From Thalassobaculaceae bacterium (GTDB taxonomy: Bacteria > Pseudomonadota > Alphaproteobacteria > Thalassobaculales > Thalassobaculaceae), in NCBI GenBank assembly GCA_965228875.1, contig OZ245843.1, positions 1-64,000 on the forward strand: a stretch of 64,000 nt of DNA. Direction: 5' to 3'. The notes below the pieces were generated by a model that ran no database searches, was not told the DNA's origin, and saw only the letters and a program-made list of their open reading frames with translations. A program made the position numbers and the translations under genes. Shown here one piece after another: positions 9,960 to 18,900 of the stretch. Position 1 is the stretch's first letter; the number at the start of each line of letters is the position of its first letter.

Positions 9960-11480
9960 CTACTCGGCGGCCGGCTTGTGGCTCACGGGTCGCCCGGCCC
10001 GGCTCTCGCTCAGTTCCTCGAACCGCTCCATGGTGTGGCGCGACCACTGCGCGATGTCGTAGTGGCTGACGTTGCGCCGCATCATCTGCATGCGGACACG
10101 CTGCTCCTCCGGTTTCATGTCGAGCGCCTGGTCGATGGCGGCATCCATGAACCGCTCGGAGTAGGGATTGGTCATCACCGCGTACGGGAGTTGGACGGCG
10201 GCGCCCATAAACTCCGAGATGACGAGGCAGCCCTGCTCGTCGATCCGTGCGGCGCAGTATTCCTTGCAGACAAGGTTGAGCCCGTCGCGCAGCGGCGTCA
10301 GCCAGCATACGTCGGCCGCGCGGAAGTAGGCGATCAGGTCCTCCAGCGGCACGGCGCCGGTGAACAGCATGATCGGCGTCCACTCGAAGGTTCCGTAGCG
10401 GCCGTTGATCCGCCCGACAAGGCCCTCGATGTCGTCCTGGGTCTGGCGGTAGACGGCCATGTTCTGGTTCGCCAGCACCGAGATGCACATCAGCCGGACC
10501 TTGCCGTGCAGGTCCTCGCGCCGGGCGAGCAGGCGTTCGTAGGACTCAAGCATCTCGCGCGTGCCCTTGGTGTAGTCGGTACGCGCGACCGAGACGATCA
10601 GCCGCTTGTCGCCAAGCTCCTCGCGGATCTCCTCCAGCTTCGCCTCGGTCTGCTCCGACCGGGCGACCTCCTCGATGTAGTTGACGTTCGTGCCGACCGG
10701 AAAGGCGTCGATGTTGACGATCTGATCGCGGAACCGCAGGCGCGTGATGATCGTCGGCTCGGACAGCGCCATGCCGCGCGGCGACATGCCGTCCTCGACG
10801 TCGATCTCCTCCTCGACCGACACCTCGAACAGGGTGCGCGCGGCGTTGGCGAAGTTCACGGCGTAGCGCGGGATGTGGAAGCCCACCTGATCGCAGTGCA
10901 GCAGGCTCTCCATGATCTCGTTGCGCCACGGCAGGACGTTGAACACGTCCGGCGACGGAAAGGGCGTGTGGTGGAAGAACGAGATCCGCGCGTTCGGCTT
11001 CATCTGCCGCAGATAGATCGGCACGAGCCAGAGGTTGTAGTCGTGGATCCAGATGATCGCGTCGTCGGCCGCCTGTTCGGCCGCGGCCTGGGCGAACAGG
11101 AAGTTCACCTCCTGGAAGGTGGGCCAGTCCACCGGCCCGTAATCGTAGGCGTCGACGAAGGAGTGGAGGATCGGCCACAGCGCCTCCTTGGAGGTGACGT
11201 GGTAGAAGCTCTTCACCTGCTCTTCGGTCAGCGCCAGGCGGGAGACCGAGTAGGTTCCGAAATCGTCATTGATCTCCACCACCCGGTCCCAGTCGGCCAT
11301 TTCGCCCTGCTCGCGCAGCTTCCAGGCGACCCACGCGCCGTGGTCGACCTCGCCGAAAAAGCTCTTCAGGGTCGGCACGATGCCGTTCGGGCTCTTGTTG
11401 ACCCGCAGCTCGATCTTCCCGTCGACCTCGACCTCCTCGTAGGGCTGGCGGTGGTAGACGATGACCAGATCGGAGTTCAT
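9960..11480 (-). CDS. ggpS: Glucosylglycerol-phosphate synthase (GT20)
   Basis: GT20 motifs (WIHDYNL, FFHHTPFP, RTDYTKG, DGLNLV) plus GgpS-type N-terminus VIVYHRQPY...SPNGIVPTLKSFF; neighbours gpsA and gghA. Confidence 0.9.
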   Translation of the reverse strand: MNSDLVIVYHRQPYEEVEVDGKIELRVNKSPNGIVPTLKSFFGEVDHGAWVAWKLREQGEMADWDRVVEINDDFGTYSVSRLALTEEQVKSFYHVTSKEALWPILHSFVDAYDYGPVDWPTFQEVNFLFAQAAAEQAADDAIIWIHDYNLWLVPIYLRQMKPNARISFFHHTPFPSPDVFNVLPWRNEIMESLLHCDQVGFHIPRYAVNFANAARTLFEVSVEEEIDVEDGMSPRGMALSEPTIITRLRFRDQIVNIDAFPVGTNVNYIEEVARSEQTEAKLEEIREELGDKRLIVSVARTDYTKGTREMLESYERLLARREDLHGKVRLMCISVLANQNMAVYRQTQDDIEGLVGRINGRYGTFEWTPIMLFTGAVPLEDLIAYFRAADVCWLTPLRDGLNLVCKEYCAARIDEQGCLVISEFMGAAVQLPYAVMTNPYSERFMDAAIDQALDMKPEEQRVRMQMMRRNVSHYDIAQWSRHTMERFEELSESRAGRPVSHKPAAE

Positions 11481-12241
11481 GCCGCTGTCTCCCGCAGGCG
11501 TGTGAGCGTGGTGATGACCTCATGGATGCCGGCGGCGCCGTCGCCGCGGCTGATCGTTGTGTTCTTCAGGTCGCGCACGCGGGCGACCAGGTCGGGCTCG
11601 CTGTTGGCCACCGCCACGCCGCGCAGGCCGGTCTCGAAGAGCGAAAGATCGTTCATCGTGTCGCCGGCGACCAGCACCCGCTCGCGGTCGATCTCCAGGT
11701 GCTCGATGAGGCGCAGCAGGGTCGGACCCTTGCTGACACCCCTGGGCAGCACGTCGAGGTATGTGCCGGCGGAGACCAGACAGTCAAAACCGGCCGCCTC
11801 GATCGCCGCCGCGACCGCCGGGTCGAACCGGTCCGGGTCGTAGTAGTAGCTGACCCTATAGCGGAACGGCGTCGGCTGCAGCTCCAGCCAGTCGACGTCC
11901 GCGAGCATGTCCCGCACCCGAGCGCCGGCATCGTCCCAGCGCCGGGCGATGTCCGCCTCGAGTTCGGGGACCGTCTCGAACTTCCGGCCCTGGACGATGG
12001 TCGTCCCGACATCGCCGATGACGAAATCCGGGCGGGGCACCCAGCCGTCGTCGGTCAGATCGCGGATGAACGGGATGTCGCGGCCGGTCACGAAGACCAG
12101 GGCCACCTTGTCGCGGTTCGCGTCGATGGCCCGGTAAAGCCTCGAGCGTTCCTCGTCGCTGCCGCCGAGGAAGGTGCCGTCCAGGTCGGTCGCCAGGACC
12201 ACCTCGGCATGGCTGGGGTGCGCCCGGTCGGACACGGTCAT
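11477..12241 (-). CDS. HAD-IIB phosphatase, probable glucosylglycerol-phosphate phosphatase
   Basis: DLDGT, VTGR, SKG and GDTMND HAD motifs; ATGA overlap with ggpS. Confidence 0.85.
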   Translation of the reverse strand: MTVSDRAHPSHAEVVLATDLDGTFLGGSDEERSRLYRAIDANRDKVALVFVTGRDIPFIRDLTDDGWVPRPDFVIGDVGTTIVQGRKFETVPELEADIARRWDDAGARVRDMLADVDWLELQPTPFRYRVSYYYDPDRFDPAVAAAIEAAGFDCLVSAGTYLDVLPRGVSKGPTLLRLIEHLEIDRERVLVAGDTMNDLSLFETGLRGVAVANSEPDLVARVRDLKNTTISRGDGAAGIHEVITTLTRLRETAA

Positions 12242-13398
12242 GGCATGATCTCCGAGACGTAGTCCTCGACATCGTCCTCGTTGCCGTGCGGGATCGCAAC
12301 CCGAAGCGCGGCCGGTTCGGCCTTGAGCGGTCGTTCCATGAGCCGGCCGATCGCCTCGGAAATCTCCACCCCGTCGGCGACGATGGCCCGGACCGCCTCG
12401 CAGATCGGCATTTCCACACCCAGGCGGCGGGCGAGGTCGGTGACGGCGACGGCGTTGACCACCCCCTCGACGACGCTGCGCCGGTTGCCGAGCAGGTCCT
12501 CCTGGCGCTGATTCTGGCCGAGCGCCTTGCCGAAGGACATGTTGCGCGACTGTTCGCTCGAGCAGGTCAGCGCCAGGTCGCCCATGCCGGACAGGCCGGT
12601 CACGGTTTCCCTGCGGCCGCCGAGCGCCTGGGCGAGGGCCTTCATCTCGTCGAGCCCGCGGGTGATGAGGGCGGCCCAGGTGTTGGCGCCGAAGCCGAGC
12701 CCGCTGGCGATCCCGCAGGCGATGGCGATGACGTTCTTCACCGCGCCGCCGACCTCGACCCCCACCAGGTCGTCGGAGATGTAGGGCCGGAAGCTCGGCG
12801 TCGCCAGCGCCAGCGACAGCCGGGTGGCGAGGGAGCCGTGCGGGTCGTCCGCGGCATCGGCGGAGGCGATCGTGACGGCGGTGGGGTGCCCCTCGGCAAC
12901 CTCGGAAGCGAAACTCGGTCCCGACAGGACGGCGATCTCGCGCCCCGGCATCGCTTCGGCGACGACCGTTGTCATCAGCTTTCCCGTCTCGCGCTCGACA
13001 CCCTTGCTGGCGAGGACCACGGGGATGCCGCCGGCGGCGACGGCGTGAACCCGCTCGCCGATATTGCGGATCGCCTGGGAGGGAACGACGAGCAGGATGG
13101 CATCGGCGCCGCTCACGGCATCGCCCATGTCGGACGTCGCCCGAACGCCGTCCGGTATGGCGTGCCCCGCCAGGAGCTGGGCGTTGGTGCGGTCGCGCTG
13201 TATGGCGCCTGCAAGCTCCGGGTCGCGGGCCCAGAGCGTCACGCCCGCTCCCGCTCTGGCGGCGGTGATGGCGAGCGCGGTACCCCAGGCTCCAGCGCCG
13301 ATCACGGCAAGTCTGGCGATCGGGCGGGCGGCGGTCCGATCGGATGGCGAGGCGGTCAAACCAGGGATCGGTAATCTCCGTACTCTGTCGCGGGACAC
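12238..13398 (-). CDS. gpsA: NAD(P)H-dependent glycerol-3-phosphate dehydrogenase
   Basis: GAGAWG, SKG.E, LSGPSFA, GGAVKNVIAIA, GLSGMGDL and SRN motifs. Start uncertain. Confidence 0.93.
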   Translation of the reverse strand: MSRDRVRRLPIPGLTASPSDRTAARPIARLAVIGAGAWGTALAITAARAGAGVTLWARDPELAGAIQRDRTNAQLLAGHAIPDGVRATSDMGDAVSGADAILLVVPSQAIRNIGERVHAVAAGGIPVVLASKGVERETGKLMTTVVAEAMPGREIAVLSGPSFASEVAEGHPTAVTIASADAADDPHGSLATRLSLALATPSFRPYISDDLVGVEVGGAVKNVIAIACGIASGLGFGANTWAALITRGLDEMKALAQALGGRRETVTGLSGMGDLALTCSSEQSRNMSFGKALGQNQRQEDLLGNRRSVVEGVVNAVAVTDLARRLGVEMPICEAVRAIVADGVEISEAIGRLMERPLKAEPAALRVAIPHGNEDDVEDYVSEIMP

Positions 13399-13441
13399 TC
13401 TAAAGATGCATCGCAGCGCCGCCGGATCAAGGGTCCTAAGC

Positions 13442-13492
13442 CGGGATCGAAGCGATTCTTGTTGCGGTGCAACATGGGTCGGGTTGATCCCG
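13442..13492. repeat. 51-nt imperfect inverted repeat in the gpsA/gghA divergent intergenic region
   Basis: Pairing about 13467 gives 18 Watson-Crick pairs, 3 G-U pairs and 3 mismatches; core TGTTGC-GGT-GCAACA. Confidence 0.8.
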
Positions 13493-13564
13493 ATGGCCTC
13501 TGGCGGTTAGCACTGATGGGGACGGACCGAGCGCGACTGCACGAGAATCGAGGGAGTATTCGCA

Positions 13565-15961
13565 ATGACCGACGCCATTTCCCAGGACCTCGAGAGGACC
13601 CGCGAGCTGGTTGCCTGGTGCCGCAACGCCCTCGACACCGCGGCGACGACGTTCGACGCCGGACTGCAGATCGCCCGGTGGCTTGGCGCGCACAAGACCG
13701 ACGGGCGGTGCGAGATCGGATTCTGGGCGCCCGAGCTGCTCGAGCGCCGCGTCCCCGACGGCGACATCTTCCTCGAGGTGCTGGAGCCGGAGGAGCCGGT
13801 GGACCTCACGGTCTCGCGCCAGACCTTACGCATGCGCCGTCATCTCGTGCCGGTCGGGCGCTGCGACGCCTTCTGCTTCGCCGCGGTCGACGGCATGCGA
13901 GCGGGGACGCGCGGAGAGATCGGCTCGTTCTACGCGCTCGCCTGGCGCGACGACGAGGGCTGGCACCGCATCCTCGACCCGCTGGCCGACTCGCTGCCGT
14001 TCGGGGCATTCGCGCCGGCGGAGTTCTACGATGTCGCGGCGATGCAGGCGGCGCGCCGGGACGTGGACTACTATGCCGGCCTGCCCGGCGGGAGCGAGGC
14101 GCCGGTCAAGCTCGGTCCGCCGACCAACATCCTGCAGATCCACGTCGCTACCGCGACCGCCGGCGGTACGCTCGCCAGCCTGACCCGGCGGTTCGAGCAT
14201 CTGGCCGAGCGCATCCGCATGAAGCTCCCGGTGGAGCCCGCGGACCGCATTTTCCTCGGCTACGACGCCGTTCAATTGATGCCCGTGGAGCCGACGACGG
14301 TCTTCGAGACCGGCCCGGACTTCTGGTACGAGGTGCCGGACGAGAATCCGGACGACGCCGCGGACGACGAGGGGGTGACCGTCGACCTGCATCGCCCGAA
14401 CACCACCAACTGGGGCTACGATGTGGTGATCGCCGGCATGGGGGCGGTCAATCCGGCGATCCTGGAAACCGGGCGGCCGGACGAACTGGTCGACCTTGCC
14501 GCCGTGCTCCACGGCTTTCCAGGAGGGCCGAAGAAGCTTGTGTTCGACGTTGTGTTCGGCCACAGCGACAACCAGGGACTCGGCGTTCTGAACCACCACT
14601 ACTTCGCCGGCCCGAACATGTACGGGCAGAATATCAACTACCGTAACGGGCTGGTGCGCGCGATCCTGCTGGAGATGCAGCGCCGCAAGGCCGATTTTGG
14701 CGCCGACGGCATCCGCGTCGATGGAGCCCAGGACTTCAAGTTCTGGAACACCGCGACCGAGCAGCTGGAGCACGACGACGAGTATCTCCAGTCGATGTCC
14801 GATGTGGTGCAGGAGGTGGCCGGCCGTCGCTTCCGCCCCTGGTTCGTGTTCGAGGACGGCCGGCCCTGGCCACAGGAGGACTGGGAGCTGTCCTCGACCT
14901 ATCGCGCGGTCATCGACCACCAGCGCGACGACGACGTGTTCCAGTGGGGGCCTCTGACCTTCGCCCACAACACGCCGTTCCTCTACACGTTCTGGCTGTC
15001 GAAGTGGTGGCGCATCCGCGAGATCATGGAACGCGGGTCGCACTGGATCTCGGGGTGCGCCAATCACGACACCCTGCGCCGAGGCACCCAGATAAACCCC
15101 AAGCTCAACGTCAACACCCGCCTCGGCGAGACGCGGATGGAGATCCTCGACAAGGCCTACGACAACCCGGCGGTGTCGCTGATCACCTACGGCGTGTTTC
15201 CCGGCGTGCCGATGGATTTCCTCAACGCCTCGGCCCGGGCGAGCTGGGGCTTCATCCGCAACCAGGACGATCAGTACGGCGTCAAGGTGGTGGCCGAAGA
15301 GGCGATCTCGCTGAAATGGCAGGTCGACAACTACGCGTACTCGATCCCGATGGCGTTTCGCCGCCTGAAGGCCATGGGGTTCGAGGACCGGGAAAGTCTG
15401 GTCCGCTTCATGGAGTTCCTGCCGGCCCTGGTGGAGGTGACCGGATACGACCTCGATGTCATCGCCACGCTGCTGAACCAGGTCGATCCGCCGCTTGCCG
15501 GGCCGGCGCCGTTCACCGTGCCGGTGCTGAAGGATATCGCCCGTGCCTGGATGGACGACATGCACGACTACTGCAATGTCTCGGGCTACGAGGCGGCGCT
15601 CAGCGAGCGCCAGACGGCGTTCAACCTCGGCCTGCGGGAGTTCCGCCACGCGCGGCCGTGGCTGCGCGGCAACCTGGGTCCGGACGACCACTACAAGTAC
15701 CGTGCGCCGGTGGACGGCAGCGTGCTGTTCACCGCCCTGCGCCAAGGTCCCGACGGCGAGCAGGTATTCGCCGTCGCGCATCTGGAGGGCGGGCCGGTGG
15801 CCGATCTCGATCCGCTGTCGCTGCCGATCCCGGGGCTTGCCGGTGGTGGCTGGAACGTGGCGCTGCGGACCCCGCCGATCGGCGGAGACTATCTCGGCGG
15901 GCCGATCAGCCTGTCGGACAGCATGGGAGTCCTGTTCACCCGCGATGCCGGCCGGCGCTGA
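13565..15961 (+). CDS. gghA: Glucosylglycerol hydrolase GghA-like (alpha-amylase/GH13 clan)
   Basis: TNWGYD, DVVFGHSDNQ, GPNMYGQ, RVDGAQDF, FEDGRPWP and ANHDT motifs recall cyanobacterial GghA; ~800 aa; divergent from ggpS; SD GGGAG. Confidence 0.82.
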   Translation: MTDAISQDLERTRELVAWCRNALDTAATTFDAGLQIARWLGAHKTDGRCEIGFWAPELLERRVPDGDIFLEVLEPEEPVDLTVSRQTLRMRRHLVPVGRCDAFCFAAVDGMRAGTRGEIGSFYALAWRDDEGWHRILDPLADSLPFGAFAPAEFYDVAAMQAARRDVDYYAGLPGGSEAPVKLGPPTNILQIHVATATAGGTLASLTRRFEHLAERIRMKLPVEPADRIFLGYDAVQLMPVEPTTVFETGPDFWYEVPDENPDDAADDEGVTVDLHRPNTTNWGYDVVIAGMGAVNPAILETGRPDELVDLAAVLHGFPGGPKKLVFDVVFGHSDNQGLGVLNHHYFAGPNMYGQNINYRNGLVRAILLEMQRRKADFGADGIRVDGAQDFKFWNTATEQLEHDDEYLQSMSDVVQEVAGRRFRPWFVFEDGRPWPQEDWELSSTYRAVIDHQRDDDVFQWGPLTFAHNTPFLYTFWLSKWWRIREIMERGSHWISGCANHDTLRRGTQINPKLNVNTRLGETRMEILDKAYDNPAVSLITYGVFPGVPMDFLNASARASWGFIRNQDDQYGVKVVAEEAISLKWQVDNYAYSIPMAFRRLKAMGFEDRESLVRFMEFLPALVEVTGYDLDVIATLLNQVDPPLAGPAPFTVPVLKDIARAWMDDMHDYCNVSGYEAALSERQTAFNLGLREFRHARPWLRGNLGPDDHYKYRAPVDGSVLFTALRQGPDGEQVFAVAHLEGGPVADLDPLSLPIPGLAGGGWNVALRTPPIGGDYLGGPISLSDSMGVLFTRDAGRR

Positions 15962-15979
15962 ACCGCGCCGGCTGCCGGG

Positions 15980-18900
15980 TCAGTCGTCGGCCGGGGCCTC
16001 GTTGCGCCGCTCCCACGGTTTCTCGACCCGCGGCGGAATGGCCAGGGACGGCGTCTCCTGGTCGAGGTTGAGGTTCGGATTGAAATAGGGGTCGGCGTCG
16101 AGCAGGTCGCCCCACTTGTCGCGCATCCACAGCATCTCGCCGCGGAACCGCTCGCGCTTCTCGGCGGTGTCCTCGAGCCCGCGCGAGACCGACTCGTGGT
16201 GATACAGCTCGGCAAAGGGCGTCAGCACGATCCGGTGTCCGGCGGCACGGATCTTCAGGCAGAAATCGACGTCGTTGAACGCCACCTTGAGCTCGTTCTC
16301 GTTCATTCCGCCGACCTGCTTGTAGATCTTCTTGGTGGTCAGCAGGCAGGCCGCGGTGGTGGCGGAGACGTTGTGGATCAGTTGGGCGCGACTGAAATAG
16401 CCCGGCGCCTCGCGCGGCAGGTGCTTGTCGAAATGGCCGGCGACGCCGCCGATGCCGGTGGTCACGCCGACGTGCTGCACGGTGTCGTTGGGGTAGTACA
16501 GCTTGGCGCCGACCGCGCCGACTCCGGGACGCTGTAGCTGGCGGACCATCTCCTCCAGCCAGCCGCTGTCGATCGGCTCGATGTCGTTGTTGAGCAACAG
16601 GACCAGCGGCCCCTTGGCCTTGGTCACGGCGAGATTGTTCAGGCGCGAGAAGTTGAACGGCGCATCGTCGCGCAGGACGGAGATCCGCCGGTCCTCGGAG
16701 ATCTCCCTGAAATAGGAGAGGGTCTCCTCCTGCTCGCTGCCGTTGTCGACGATGATGAGGTCCCAGTTCGGGTAGTCCGTGTTCTCCAGCAGGCCGGTGA
16801 CCACCATCCGCATCATGTCCACCCGGTCCCGCGTCGGGACGATGACCGTGACGTGTGGTCGGCGGGACGGCAGGGCGGGGCGGACCCGGTGGCTCAGACC
16901 GTCGCGGCCGGCCTCGACCTCGGCCTTCACCCCGGTCCGCTCCAGATGCTCGGCAATCGCCATGCGGGCCCGTTCGTAGGGATAGGTCTTCTCGCCGGTC
17001 GCCAGCGCCACGCTGCCGGCGACCATGCGCCAGTGGTACAGCACGACCGGAACATGGCGGACCCGTTCCGGCGTCGTCTGCTCCAGCACCCGCAGCGCGA
17101 GGTCGTAGTCCTGGCTGCCCTCGAATCCCTCGCGGAAGCGGCCGGCCGTCTCGATCAGCGACCGGCGGTAGACCCCGAGGTGGTTGATCATGTTCTGCGA
17201 CAGGAACAGTTCCGGCGACCAGTCCGGTTTGAAGTACGGATCGGACAGCCGGCCGTCCTCGCCGATCTTGTCCTCGTCGGAATACAGGATGTCGGTGTCC
17301 GGATGGGTCTCCAGGGTGGCGGCCATCCAGTACAGCGCGTCCTCGGTCAGTTCGTCGTCGTGATCGAGCAACGCCACCCACGCGCCGGTCGCCACCTCCA
17401 GGGCGGAGTTGGTCGCCGCGGAGATGTGGCCGTTGGTCTCGCGGAACACGACCTTGATGCGCGGATCCTCGGCCGCGTATCGCGCCAGCATTTCGCGCGT
17501 CTCGGCGTTCTTAGAGCCGTCGTCGGCGATACACAGTTCCCAGTCGGGGTAGATCTGGCCCTTCACGCTCTCGATCGCGGCCTTGAGCAGGGCCGGCGGC
17601 GTCTCGTATGTCGGCATCACCACCGAGAAGGTCGGGCGGTCCGCCATCCTTTCGATATGGTCGCGGATCTCCGCCCGGTCGCTGTCGGTCAGCGTGTAGA
17701 ACAGGTCGCGCCAATCCTCGTAGGTCTCGATCGGGGTCGGCAGCTTCTTGATGAGGTATTCCTTGAGGCCCTGGACGCCGCCGCGGCGCAGATTGCCGAG
17801 CATCGGACGCACGCCCTCCTCGGCGTAGGCGTTCGAAGCCAGTTCGCGCAGCAGCTCCAGACGCGAGATCTCCCGCGCCGTGATCGGCCCCATCTCGAAG
17901 CGCCCTTTCCAGTTGATCGGGTCGAGCCGAAGGGCGTGAACGTCGTCGGGGAGGCGCAGGAAGCAGGTGACCTCGGCGCCGTCGGTCACCGGGAGGCGCT
18001 TGCGGTCGATCTCGGCGGTGCCGTTTCCGAGATCGGGGAACAGCGAGGGTGCCGCCATCCGCTCGCCCTTGATGCGGTAGGTCAGCCTGACCCAGCCGGT
18101 GGGCATACGCCCGCGGTCGGAGCGCAGCAGCATGACCGGGAAGCTGTCCGTCGCCTCCCAGACATCGCCCTCGACATGCCGGACGTGGAACAGCTGATCC
18201 GGCGTGAGAGTGTGGGTGAGCCGCCGAACGCCGCTGAGCCAGCTCCGGGTTGCGCGCATGGGAGCCGTGACCCGCCAGGACGTCGACGCCTTCATGGCGG
18301 CAAGGGCGCCTTCGAGGTTTTGCACATGGATGTTGCGCGCATCCAGGTCGCGGTGGAGCTGGCCGAGTTGTCCGTGTAGGTGGCCCACGTCCGCCTGCAG
18401 CGTCTCGATCGTGGCGGCGCGCGCCTCGGCGTCTTGGCTCAGCCGCCGGATGATCGCGTCGCGTTCGGATACCGACCGGTCGCGTTCGTCAAGGGCGCGG
18501 TCACGTTCCGCGATCGACCGGTCACGCTCGACGATCGATCTGTCACGCTCGGCGATCGCGGCGTCGCGCACGTGGATCTCGCGCTCGCGTTCGGCGATGA
18601 TCCGCTCGCGCTCCGTCAATGACCGGTCGCGCTCTCCCACCGCCTGGTCGCGCTCGGCGATCTGGCGTTCGCGTTCGGCAATCCGGGAGTCGCGTTCGGC
18701 AATCGTGCCGTCGCGTTCGAGCAGAGAGGTGTCCAGGCCCCGAATCCGGTCGTCCCGGAGGTCGACCTCGGCGCGCAGTCGCAGTTCGATACCGGCCCAG
18801 CCGGCGAACGTGTCGTCGAAATAGTAGCCGGCCCGGTCGATCTCGTCGGCGACCGCACGGATCTCCGTCAGGGTCGAGTCGCGGTCGCCTCCATCGGCCC

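Noticed and set aside
9960..11480. GT20 gene as trehalose-6-phosphate synthase otsA
   Set aside because: The N-terminal signature and the gpsA/gghA context favour GgpS.
18446..18718. Periodic repeats as a CRISPR array
   Set aside because: 21-nt in-frame degenerate units with no spacers, inside a CDS; no cas genes.
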